NCBI GenBank assembly: GCA_964016885.1
Contig: OZ024745.1
Coordinates: 28,210,001-28,274,000, forward strand
DNA: 64,000 bases
Direction: 5' to 3'
From: Eledone cirrhosa
Lineage: Eukaryota
A program made the position numbers and the translations under genes. Positions 1 to 31,846 of this stretch are shown here, piece after piece. The notes under the pieces were generated by a model. That model did not search any database and had not been told where the DNA came from. It worked only from the letters and a program-made list of their open reading frames with translations. How positions within the stretch are numbered: position 1 is the stretch's first letter; each line of letters opens with the position of its first letter.

Positions 1-208
1 AAGAAATCTTAGTGGAAGGAACCGACAGTAGAAGAATACCAAAAAAGACTTGGGCTGAGTTTGTGAGAGCTGATCTCAAATCGCTGAATTTCACAGAGGA
101 GAGGACAAAGAAGTGTAACAAGTAGAGGGATGCTCTGCTGGTGAAAACCCATCCAACCCATGCGAGCATAGAAAAGCAGGTATAAAATGATCATAATGAT
201 GATGATGT
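1..208 (+). mobile_element. RTE LINE 3'-end fragment
   Basis: Decayed GRP-KTW...ADLKSL-like coding end, ACCCATGC..G..GAA tail motif and (GAT)n, similar to the end of the 20372-22818 element. Confidence 0.6.
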
Positions 209-2669
209 GTATATACTTTGGGTTGGTCCTGCTACCAATAAAAATCACCAGTTGAGTTTCCCTTAAGTTTTATTATTAGGTAACTAATCCATTCCTCAGT
301 TAATTTAGTAACTGCATAGTTACTTAATTGTCAATGCTCTTTCATCACACATCCTATGACCTTCACAATGTCTATTCTTGCTCCTCTGTGTCTCCTCTTC
401 GTTCTGATTTTTTTATTTACTCCATTCTGTATTTATTTATTTATATACATTTATATACATATGGGCACATTTGAGTTTACAAACAGGAGAAAACCTGTAC
501 ACAGTACATTTATATATATTATCATCATCATCGTTTTAGCATCCACTCTCCCTGCTAATATATATACACACATATAATGTGAAGTGTTTTCTGCTTCAAA
601 ATAAAATCTATGTTCTCAGTCTTCATTGCATTGAGATAAGCTATGTTATGTGTGAAGTCCACATTGATGATGATGATGATGTCTTTTGGTGGAGTTATTT
701 TTTTTTTTTTTTTTTTTTTTTCCTATTTTCACCATTCTCTGCATCCCCTCTCCTCATCTCCATTTCTCATTGGTTCAACTAGGGGCTAGGTTCCTTAAAA
801 CCTATTATTACCAATATTTCCAATGAAAAATACAATTTTCAAATCAATTTTGAAAATATTTCTAATGAAAAATATTGCCTATGATTTTCTAACTTTGAAA
901 ATAATAGGGAATTTGGTGGGATTTAGTAATATAACTAACTTTGTATCATTACATAACAAAGGTTCTTACATAAAATTATGATGAAAAGTTTTTAGACAAA
1001 TATATGCACTTTAAATTAAACAGACTGAATGTGGAGGTGTGGGTGGAGGTGGGATTGAGCTTGTCTGAATGTGGGCAAGGGTGGTTGACTATTAGGTGAG
1101 GAAGGGTTTGGATGTGGGTTTATTGAAAAATTGGAATTTTGAAAAAAATATATATTTTTTTGAAGAATTGAAATTTATGTTTCAAATGAAAGAAATCTGA
1201 AGAAATTAAAAAAAGAAAAAAAAAAGAGTTGCAGGGCAGAGGGTTGTTAGGACCTGAAACTGTTGGGTTGGTGGGGTATATTCTGAATTCATTTTAGTTG
1301 TAAATAATCTAAGACTAGTGTTTGCATATTGCTGTCTTGTCGAGTTCTCTGATCCGATATTGGTACATTTGTCACTGGTGGAGAAACTTGTTGAGTAGAT
1401 TAACCCTTTCATTGTCATATTTCTAATGAAAGATACCTATGATTTTCAATGTATTTTGAAAATAATCAAGAATTTGGAGTAATTTAGTAATATAACTAAT
1501 TTTCTCATTAAAAAGCTGGTGTTCAGATTTTGAAGGATCTTATATAAAATTACTATGGAAGGTTTTTAGATAAATATAAAATCAATTTCTGTATTGTAAA
1601 GCTATGTTTGGTTACAGGTAGTTTGATTTAAATGGGTAACTCATGGGTAACTAACATACTCATATGACATAGCTCATCTTTGCTCTCTTTATCAGAAGTA
1701 TGTTATTTAATGTACTACCACAAAGACTGCCCAATATTTATGTTCAGTAATAACTGTGGTGTAACCCTTTCATTATCATATTTATAGTTAAAGAAAAAAA
1801 TGGGCATAGAGCTAAACAAATTCAGTTTGCATTCCTAATGAAATTATCCATGCAAATAAAATATACTAACACTTCATGTATATGTAAAAATAAATCATTT
1901 TAAAAGTAGCTGCATTATGAAAAAACAAAACATTTAGTTTACATTCATATATCCATAATAAAATGAAACTTTTGTTCTGATAATTTATGTCAAACTTCTT
2001 TTTTTTTTAATACTTTCTCCATTATCATTACTTCATTAACTTATACATATTCAGTTATATCAGCTATAGTTATACACTTGGCTCATGGATACAGTTTACA
2101 GCAATGGTCTCAACCTGGGATCTGCAGAGATCCATAACATTTCTTGAGCTAAGTTCAAAATTTAGGTATCCATTTTTCTCTATAAACATTTTTCTCTTGA
2201 TTGTTATAGCAAAGGATTGGTTGGAAATTTCATTTAACCCTTTCATGACCATATTTCTAATGTAATACTATTTCAATTAATTAATGAAGAATTGTTTTTT
2301 AGTGATTTGTTAAAATTATTATTTCATTACTAACATATTGCTCTTATATAAAATTATGTTGGAAGATTTAAATTTAGATAGGAACTTTTTAAAATGGGTG
2401 GTTTTGTTTCATAGAACCAGAGATGGTTTTTTTGTGGGCTTGTGTCAAAAGGATTAAATAGAAAGTGTCCTTGGTAGTGTAAAGATTGAGATCCACTGAT
2501 TTACCTTAACCCTAATTCTTCTAGTGAAACTGTAAACCTCTTAACCTCTCTCTCTCTTGAGAGACAGTCAATCAAGTGTAGATTTGTCCTAAATGATAAT
2601 TTTCTTTATTTCAAATAGATACACCGGGTATAACTATCTATTTGATATCTTTGCTGTGTCAGTTGGCAG

Positions 2670-3000
2670 TTTTTCCCACATGTTAGGTCTCTTCTATACC
2701 AAGCTGTAGTCATTCCCAAATGTTAGGCCTCTGTCATACCAAGCTGTGGTCCTCCCCACATGATAGAGCCGATCTATAGTCCTATCCACATGGTAAACAT
2801 CTACTATATCAAGCTGTGGTCATTCCCACATGATAGAACTCTGCTATACCAAACTGTGGTCATTCCTGCATGGTAGATCTCTGCTGCTGTCATTCCCACA
2901 TGGTAGGTTTCTGCTATTGTCATTCCCACATGGTAGACCTCTACTGTATCAATATGTAGTCATTCCCACATGGTAGGTCTCTTCTGTAGTCATGCCCATG
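2670..3000. repeat. Degenerate minisatellite (GTCATTCCCACATGGTAG core, about 30-40 bp units)
   Basis: About 9 diverged copies of the core. Confidence 0.7.
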
Positions 3001-3707
3001 TTAGGCTTCCGCTGAATCAGTCTATAAAACATAACAGTGGTTCTTATATAAAATTATAATGGAAGGGTTTTAGAAACCTTGCTAACAAGGAAAATGGTTG
3101 CTAAATGATGATGATGACACTGTTCCATTTTCAACACACTCTTGCAGATAATCTGCAATCCTCTTGTCGAGTGCAAGCAACATTTTGAACCAGAAACTTT
3201 ACACTTTGTCCTACTACACAGTTTTCCAACTTAGGTTCTGACATACAATTATGATGGTGGGTTTCTAGATGAATATAAACACCATAATATGATAGAACCA
3301 GGGGTGGTCGTCACATGTGGGCTAATATTAAGAGGGTTATACACCAACAGTGATCTCAACCAGTTGCAGTTTATAAGTCTATTCACACACACATATATAT
3401 ATATATATATAAACTTATATATATATCCTGTACAAACTATCAAAACGCTGGGTAATTTGAAATTTAAAAAATGTATGAATCCCAAATGCAAAAAATAACT
3501 GCAACAACAGTTGACTGCTATAAATAACAGCTTAAAAATCAGGGCCATTTTTTTTCTGTCTGTAGTAGTATTTTACTCAATTTTCTAAACTATTATTTAT
3601 AGCAATCAACTGTTTATTTTCTGCATTTGGGATTCCTACATTTTCGTAATATAAATATATACATTCTCTCTCTCTCTCTTTATATATATATAAAAAAAAA
3701 AAAAAAG

Positions 3708-3830
3708 GCGCATGGCTGAGTGGTTAGGGAATTGGATTCACAATCTTGAGGCTGTGAGTTCAATTTCTGGACCGGGTGGTGCGTTATGTCCTTGAGCAAG
3801 ACACTTTATTTCACATTGCTCCTTCTACCT
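3708..3830 (+). mobile_element. tRNA-derived SINE head
   Basis: A-box TGGCTGAGTGG and B-box GAGTTCAATTTC followed by GTCCTTGAGCAAGACACTT. Confidence 0.6.
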
Positions 3831-3923
3831 GGAGTTGCGACCGATAGATAGTACTAGCAACTGGAAAGACCGACAAAAACATTGTTTCCTCGGTCCGATT
3901 TGACGAAAGTCAATCGATCCTTT

Positions 3924-3972
<49 letters not shown>

Positions 3973-4597
3973 CTCATTACATGTTCACTTAATCCTCATG
4001 CTCCTACTAGAAGCAACCACTTTCACTCTGCAGCAATATATATAAATTGTAAAATAAACATTTGTAAAATATTAAAACATGAATGAATCTCAGATTTATT
4101 TTTAAACTGTTGTCTTTTTCTGTCTGTGTGTGTATTTGTTAATGTTTCTTAATTTGTTTAATGGCAGCTAATTGGCAGATTCGTTAGGTTTTTCGGTTTA
4201 CTCTAGGTTCTAATCTCAATGGGGTCAACTTTGCTTTTCATGCTTTCGAGGTTGATAAAGTACAGCCGACTACCGGGATCGACTCTTCCTCTATCTATCT
4301 ATCTTTATCACTCACTCTCTCTCTCTCTCATGAAGAAGAAATTGCCCGTGTTTCAGGCTTCAAAGGAATGGGCTCTGCCAGGTTTTAAAAATTAACCAAT
4401 ACATACCATGTGTCATGGCAGTACCTCTAAACAGATGTAAAATGTTGACTCCTAAATATGGTAATATTTTAATAATCTGTGCTAATAATACAAACATGCT
4501 AGCGTGTAAAAATGGATGTAAAACGGTGATGATGATGATGATGATACATGCATGATGGCTGCAAACTCACATTGAGTATTGCAATCGCTTGTCAGAT

Positions 4598-5510
4598 TCA
4601 GATGTTTGATGCTCGGATATGGCTTTTCAAGCCTGCTAGGGACTTGCACTCCTTTGCATATTGATGACAACTATGGATCTCCCTGGCCTCAAGTCTTGCA
4701 TCAGGTTGCCTGTTAACCTCCACAATACCATGGAGATCATAGTTGACTAGTTCTCTCTGAACCTGGCTGCTACTGTGGCTCCTGAGACCAGATTTGCTCA
4801 AGCAAATCTTTCCACACTCGGGCCACACCAATTCAATGAAGACACCGATCGTTTCCAGAGATACACAAGGGCATTGCTTACGTGCATCCCATTTGATCTT
4901 CTCGTGCTCTATGCATCTGTCCTCAAAATTATGGACCCCATCATTCACCATTCCACGCCAAGTTTCTCTTTCAAGCGCTTCTATCTCCCAGTCAGCCACC
5001 ATCAAACCAATTTTTTTCAATGAGTCCTTTACATAATCTTTGAATCGGAGCCTTGGTTTGTGAGGTGGTCTCTAACCTTTACAAAGCTTGCCATACAAAA
5101 GTTGTTTCGGGATTCAATCATCCTCCATTCTGCAGAGGTGTCCAGTCCATCAAAAAAGTTAGTGGTGGATGATACTTTCAATTCTCTGACACTCACTTCT
5201 CTCAAGGACTTCAACATCACTGACATGCATCTGCCACTTGATACTGAGCATCTCCCTGAGACACTGCAGTCTTTTGATATGCTGTTTGTAGGCAACCCAT
5301 ATCTCACACTCATACAGCAATGCTGACAGTACACATGCCGTATACACTTTTACCTTGGTCTTCATTGTGATTCCTCACCTGTACCACAAACAGTTGCTGA
5401 GTCGTCCAAATGATTCACTTGCTCTGCCAACATCCAGACCAATCTCTGCATCCAAAGAGCAGGTCTCACTCAGATCACTCCCCAAACACACAAATCCATC
5501 AGCAACTGAC
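4598..5510 (-). mobile_element. Decayed RTE/BovB-like LINE ORF 3' part (RT C-terminus plus C2H2 fingers)
   Basis: Frameshifted pieces KVKVYTACVLSALLYECEIW, SIKWQ...EVLER, DWEIEALERETWR, ECGKICLSKSGLRSH. Confidence 0.85.
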
Positions 5511-6584
5511 CACATACATATATGGAGGGTTCATTGAAAACTTTATCCAGAGCAGGTTGGCACGTGATGACAGTCTTCATCATACATACATATGTGTGTG
5601 TACATGTACACGTATTTACAAAGAACAAAACAAAATAAACTGACCATATGTAGGCCTCACTACTCTCTAGTCAGATAAAAATGTTATGAAGGAACACTCA
5701 TGTGGTTACTAGAAATAGCATATTATACCTTCCCATCATTACAAAAGATCACATTGAATACTGTTGTAGTCTGTTTACTTTGACTAAAGATAAGATGGTC
5801 AAAGTAACTATTTCATTGACTAGTATGAGGTCATGTCAATTCATTTCCCATCCTCATTGCTGGAGGTCAGGGACCAAGGACAATTGCAGCAATACTCTCC
5901 ACAGGCTCATCTCCCTTGCCATGACTGCACTCTGCCAGTGTTCTTCCCATCCAATTCCTGATATCATTCTATCGTCTCCTTGGTCTTCCTCTCAATCTTC
6001 TACCATAGATGGATGCCTCCAAGATGTGGGAGCAGAAGTTCTGGGCCCTAATGACACGGCTGAAATATTGCAGCTTAATATTTGTTTCTAATTTTTGCAC
6101 ATGGTCAGCAATTTGAAGGGAAGGGAAAGTCGATTAGATTGACACCTATGCATTACTGTTACTTTATTCTATCAACCCTGTAAGAAAAGCAAAACTAACC
6201 TCAGCAGGATTTGAACTCAGAATATAGTGGGCTGTAATTCTATGCTGCAAAGCATGTTGTTCAATACTCTACCAATTCTGCCAATTTACAACTAGTATAT
6301 GTGAACTATATAGTAACTTGCTTAACAAAATAACAAGTGTTTTAGGACCTTTTTCTCTGTACTGGTATCACAAAGAATACACCCAGTACACTCTGTATAT
6401 TGGTTAGCATTAGTAATAGCATCCAGCCATTGAAATCATGTCAAATACAGAACATAACAAACAAGACAGGTCACTCCAACCAATCTGGTCTTGGGCCATG
6501 ACAACTCATCCAAACCATACCAGCATAGAAAGTAGATGTAACATGATGTTGGTGATGGTGGTAATACATCGAGTAACTATTTAA

Positions 6585-6814
6585 TTGACAAGTACATACA
6601 TATACACACCCACACATATAATCATACATACATATACACACATATGCAAACATCCATACATATATACATACATACATACAAACACCCTCACATACAATCA
6701 TCTACATACATACACACATACAATCATCCATACATTTATACATACACACACCCACATATATATATACATCTACATACATAACACACATACAATCATACGT
6801 ATACATACACACAA

Positions 6815-6851
<37 letters not shown>

Positions 6852-6900
6852 AACAAACATCTATCCATACAAACATGCATACGTACATACATATACTAAG
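6585..6900. repeat. Mixed (CATA)/(CA)/(TA) microsatellite tract
   Basis: Direct inspection. Confidence 0.8.
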
Positions 6901-7129
6901 TGAGAACCTGGATCTCTCACCTGTGAGTGTGGACCTCATACACCCTAATCTCACTACCATCAGCTGGTGGATGTCACATGATTGCTGTCACACACATACA
7001 AAACAACAACAGGGGTTGACATTTCAGGTCTTGTAACAGGTTCATATTCATCATAGGGTTTGTTTGTTTTTTTGCCACATTGTCTTACAGTCAGGTTCCC
7101 TTCCTGTTACCAACCCTTTTTGTTGCCTC

Positions 7130-7485
7130 CTCGGACACGTGATGGTGACACAAGAAAAAGCACCCAATCCACACTGTAAGATGGTCATGATGGTAATACA
7201 ACAAAAGAAACCCAGCCCACACTATAAGGTGGTCATGCTGGTGACATGACAAAAAGCACCCAGTTCACCCTATAAGGTGGTCGTTTCGATGCCACAATAA
7301 AAAGTACCCAGTTCACACAGTTCGTGTTAGGAAGGGCATCTAGTCATAGAATCCCAGCCAAAATACAGATCTGTATGAGCAAGACGTGGTCTCTGGACCT
7401 GACTTGTCTCATAACGTAACAACCTGTCTAACCTATGCAAGCATGGAAAATGGATATAAACAATCATGATGATGATGATGATGGG
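7130..7485 (+). mobile_element. RTE 3'-UTR-derived non-autonomous element with internal tandem AAAAAGCACCCAG units
   Basis: Shares AAAAAGCACCCAG..CACTGTAA, TAGGAAGGGCATC, AGCATGGAA and (GAT)n tail with 22520-22818. Confidence 0.65.
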
Positions 7486-8189
7486 ACATGCATGGATATT
7501 GGTTTCTCTATTCTAAACTGGCCATATTTAGTAAGTATTTCATTTTCAAGTAAACACATTAAAATTAAGTGTATGGAGTTGGAGGTAGGGTTTGTGTGAG
7601 GGGCAGGGCTGGAACGTATCTAGTTTTCTAAGCTAAATAATCCCACACACCTGGTTAAAGTCCATAAGTTTACTTTAGATTGATTGAAAACAGTTGTTAT
7701 TACTGCTGCTGTTGCTACTGCTGTTACTACTACTGTTAATGTTGTTACTACTACTGCTGCTGTTTATACTGTGACTGTTGCTTGCTGTTATTTTTTTGTT
7801 GTTATTGTTATAGTTATTGTTGCTAGTGTCACTATTGATGTAACCAGTGTTGGAATGTAGCACAAAATACATATATTCTCCACACTCATAGTTCAGATCC
7901 TGCCGAGGTCAATTTTGCTTTTCTAGTTGTCAGGTGTTAATGTTTGCTCTCTTCTGGACCCTATTTGGGTTCCCCAGGATACAAAACCTTTTTGTATCAA
8001 TCCAATGCTTACCAGAGTGGGTTGCAGGCCCATTGCCAGTCTTTTCAGCATTAAAAACTGCAGTATATATTTGGAATGGGCTTCTATACCTAAGGCCTAG
8101 ATGTGTCCTTTGTTACCCTACATAAAGAATGATATGGTATGATTGCTTTTATTCAACCTGGCCATACTGCTGTTTTTGGTGGTCTTATT

Positions 8190-8460
8190 TATCTAACGTC
8201 TGTCTCGAGCCTGGAGACTCATCAAGCTGGTGCTTATCCCGATTTTCATGGCATGAAGTGACTTAGAGGACAGGATGCTAGTCCATGGCAGGGTTAAAGC
8301 CCCAGCTATTGCTGGTACTCATTTTCAGTTGAGTATACTGGAGCAATCTGAAATTAAGTGTTTTGCTCCAGAACACAATACACAACCCAGTTCAGCAATC
8401 GAACCCAGAACCTTATGATTGCAAATCCAACATCCTTACCACTAGGCCACATACCTCCAC
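8190..8460 (-). mobile_element. tRNA-derived SINE of a second family
   Basis: Reverse-complement A/B boxes (TGGCCTAGTGG, GGTTCGATT); body similar to 14850-15000 and 38680-38810. Confidence 0.6.
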
Positions 8461-9289
8461 TGCTCTTATTTGTGCCAGTTATGCCAATTACCAATTTAGT
8501 AATTTTCACAAACCCACAAAGACTAGGGTTTTTTTAGTGTGAACTGGGTGCTTTTTGTCGTATCACCATCACAACCACTTTACAGATTAAACTAGATGCT
8601 TTTGTCACGACTCCATCACAACCACTTTACTGGTTGGACTGGGTGCTTTTTTGATGTGTCATACCACTCTGCAGGAACATCTGGGTGCTTTTTGTCATGA
8701 CACCAACCCACCCACTCCACAGGGCAGATAAGGCGCCTTGTCTAGGTGCTCTTGTCATGGCACCAATATGAACACCTGACATGGTGGATTAGAGGTTTTT
8801 GTTGTCACCAGCATGACCACCTTACAGGGTGGACAGAGCTTTTAGCCATTAGCCACTTCAGCATTGTGGGAGAACGTGTTCATTTTTCCACACTTATTGG
8901 TCAAGGAAGGTGCATCAGATGTGGAATGTGGGTTTGGGAGATGTAGGCTGAGGATTGGAGAGGTATATCTAGGGTGGAGTACTTAGCTGGTGATGGGTGG
9001 AGTGTAAATTGTACATTACATCCAATTCCACTTAAGCAAAGTTTTTCTCTCAGTTTGCCTATGCTGCGTCATTCATTCACACCACGATTACACATCCATC
9101 AGAGCATACTTGCTTCATTTCTTTCTAGCTTTTGCAGGTTTTCTGCAGTTAAGGCCCAAGTCCCACTGACATCAAGCCCTGCAATAATCCCCATACAGGT
9201 GTCTACTCTTCACCCTCGGCGAAAAGACTTTTGTATAAATAAGTCGATAGCTGTATAACAAAGTGCAGGGCAATAAAGATAGACGGTAG

Positions 9290-9805
9290 TCACGGAATAG
9301 GCAGACCTAGAAAAACCTGGGACGAGCTGATAAACTCCGACATCACACACTAACACCTCTCCAAGACAATGTCACTGGACCGAGACCTTTGGCGGTACTC
9401 AGTAACAGAGAAGACCCGCCTTACCTAAATATATAGTAAAACCTACTCCAGCCAGTAGGCATCTCTAACAAAATACACCCCGTTCCACCCCCACCACCCC
9501 CACCCCATCCACACCACCCCGTTCTATGTAAAGTTATGTTGGTGCCGCGCCATCCAGGCCGAAACAAATGAGATCGTGTAGGTGTCACGACAAAAAAACA
9601 CACAGTCCACGCTGTAATGTGGCCGTGTAGGCAACACGGTAAAAACCTCCCAGACCCACACTGTAAATGTGGTTGGTGTTAGGAAGGGCATCCAACTGTA
9701 GAAAACCTGCCAGACAGTCCTATGCGAGCAAGACAATCACTCTTGCCTCAAGTGGGACTACCCCCGTCCAAACCCATGCAAGCGTGGAACACGGACGTTA
9801 AACGT

Positions 9806-9835
<30 letters not shown>
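9290..9835 (+). mobile_element. RTE LINE 3' end (KTWDELINSD..., UTR, (GAT)n tail)
   Basis: Collinear with 22370-22818, including the C-rich tract and tail. Confidence 0.8.
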
Positions 9836-9836
<1 letters not shown>

Positions 9837-10029
9837 ATATATATATATCATCATCATCACCTTTTTGTATATATATCATCATCATCTTTTTACATCCACT
9901 TTCTCTTTTATATATATATATGTATATGCCCTACTCTCAACTGTGAACCTAATACCTACACTGTTTGTACTCCACTTTTCGTTATTGTTTTTGTTTTTTT
10001 TTTGTTTTTAACTTATATATACACACACA

Positions 10030-10064
<35 letters not shown>

Positions 10065-10822
10065 AAAACTTGCCAAAAAAGTGATTGGGAGGACCTTTCA
10101 GTTGTGTCATAGACATGGCAACCTCTCTAATCCTGCTGTCATGATAAAATATACTTGGTAGCATGCGGGACAGTACATAAGTGTGAGGTAAGTAGCCCCA
10201 CTTGAGTACTGCTAGCAAGGAAACTTGGCATTAAATGATGATTATGATATATATATATATGTATATAGTAATAATAAATACAAAGACCAAAATCGGAAGA
10301 GGGCTTGATAAAGATTGTATATATATATATAACGAAGGAAATGTGGTAAGGAACCAGATGGACCATAACGCACCAAAGTACTCAATACTTAGGGTAGTAG
10401 AGTGGGTAATAGGAACGAGAAGAATGCGACCATTTCTGTTGGAAGCTCCCGGGAGCTTCCAACAGAAATGGTCGCATTATTTAAGGGTATGTCAATATTT
10501 ATTTATAAAACTGATCTATATTATATTTTATCTGATGAAAGTGCACCATAATTTGACTTGGTGTCCTTGAAATATGTATAATGAAATAAATATGGTTTTA
10601 TAAATATAGTTTCCATTTGTTAATATATCGTATTATATATATATATATATGACTCATTTCCAATATATATAAGTATATATATGCCTATAGAGCAATTATT
10701 TATTATTAGCACAGATTAAGGTATAAGCAAAGAATTTATGCTTTCACTATATGCAGGTTTTAGAAGATCCTGTATAGGGTGAAAGCAGAAATTCTTTGCT
10801 TAAACTTTAACCTGTACTAATG

Positions 10823-10856
<34 letters not shown>

Positions 10857-11125
10857 CGATGCTAACATGGAAAATGAACGTTAAACAATGATGATGATGA
10901 TATATTTATAGAAAGTATATATATATATATATATAAGGATTAGAATACTGGAGCGTGTTTGAGTCAAACACCCTCTTCGTATTATAGAAATGACAGTAAA
11001 AGGTATAGCTCAATGCAGTTAAACAGAGCCAAAAAATTAAGAGAGTAAAACAAAGATTCCTTTAATACATCAAAAGTTTTTATTAGCCGACATTGTATCT
11101 GCTGATATTACCTCTTGTTGTTTTG

Positions 11126-11170
11126 ATTGCCCTGATGAGTCCTTAATAGGACGAAACATTGTCGGCTAAT
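11126..11170 (+). ncRNA. Minimal type-I hammerhead ribozyme
   Basis: GCC-CUGAUGA-GUCCU(UAAU)AGGAC-GAAA-C(AUU)G-UC-GGC: complete core, stems I and II paired, short stem III, GUC cleavage triplet. Confidence 0.8.
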
Positions 11171-11214
11171 AAAAACTTTTGATGTATTAAAGGATTCTTT
11201 GTTTTACTCTCTTA

Positions 11215-11248
<34 letters not shown>

Positions 11249-11995
11249 AGGAGTTTTATTTAATTTGTTGGAATTCCGACAAACATAAATGTTTATAACT
11301 GATATAGAGCACTCAACAAGTTACTGGAGTAAATATTCCAAGATAATAATTGTTTCTACATTTAGCACAAGGCCAGTAATTATCCCAATGTATTACTGGT
11401 ACTTTATTTTATCGAGCCCGTAAGGATGAAAGGCAAAGTTAACCTCGGCGGGATTTGAACTCAGATCATAAAGGGTCGTAACTCTTTGCTGCAAAGAATC
11501 TTCGGACCGTTAAGGTGTGATTTCCATGGGTATGTCATTTATAAAACAAATTTTGTATTTTATCTGATGAAAGCGCACCAAGATTTGCTTGGTCGCCCTT
11601 GAAATATACATAATAAAATAAATATGGCTTTATAAATATAGTTTCCATTTATTATTATCTTGGTATATATATAGAGAGAGATGTGAGAAAAACCACAGAC
11701 CCTCCATCTCAACTCTACTTTTGAAAAGCAGAAGAACTGCGAAACCGGTAAAGGAACCAAATAAATATATATATATTTTTTTTTTAAATAAGACTCCAGT
11801 TGCATTTTCGATCTCATCTTTTTTTCTTTATACTTTCACTCGTGTAGAACACCTCGGATATTTTTCATTTTGTAAAAAAACCTCACTTTATAATATATAT
11901 ATATATTTCATTATACATTAAATCATCACTACTATTAATTATATCATTCATAACTAAGTGATATTTACAGTCTTTTCTTTATTTCCATGTTACAG

Positions 11996-31123
<19,128 letters not shown>

Positions 31124-31482
31124 ACTGAAACAACTCCTGGGGATAGATCTGTTGCTCTATTATAAGGTCTTTAGACTGAATCGGGCCTTGACCCCTAACA
31201 TAGCACTGCTAGCAATTGGTCAGTTGGTTAATTATAGGGACAGAATCTTTGCAGCTTGTGGCTAGCGTTTATATTTTTTTACATACCACCTCCACTTATC
31301 TTGCCCCTCACAGCTAAACTTCTCCAACCACCCCCACATACATACATACACATGCACGCATACACACTGTTTCTTCCACAAGCATTTGTTTATATTTTCC
31401 TATTGTTATTTTCAACATTTCATTCAGCCGTCATTATACATACATATGTAGATACTTTTATACATACAGGCATGTTGATGGC

Positions 31483-31520
<38 letters not shown>

Positions 31521-31840
31521 GGCTGTGTGAAGTGTGTAGAAGCACTGTCAGACAAATATTTAAACTTGCTTGAAATTTTAGTGAAAGAAAGGCCTTGTGC
31601 ATTCCCAGGGGATATATATGAGAATAAATATATAACTAATCACGTATGTATGTATATATACATATATATATGTATATTATATATTTATATATACACACAC
31701 ACACATACATATATGTGCACAACAATCATGTTAGTTCTGAATTTTTGAAATCTGTGATTCCAGTGAAATATCCATGATATTTCAAATATTTTATCAAATG
31801 AAATGAAATTAAACCTTGTACAATGCAAATTTTTTCTTGA

Positions 31841-31846
31841 AATAAA
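31841..31846 (+). promoter_or_regulatory. Candidate ACAT1 polyadenylation signal AATAAA
   Basis: AATAAA about 720 nt after the stop, ATTAAA just upstream, T/GT-rich sequence downstream. Confidence 0.4.

Noticed and set aside
590-8120. Possible minus-strand exons near 2070-2180, 5728-5806 and 8013-8090
   Set aside because: Splice-like sites exist but phases could not be joined and no protein family was recognised; needs RNA-seq
11690-11752. CCG|GTAAAG as the ACAT1 exon 1 donor
   Set aside because: No in-frame ATG, and the sequence fits a degenerate hammerhead relic better; a non-coding exon is not excluded
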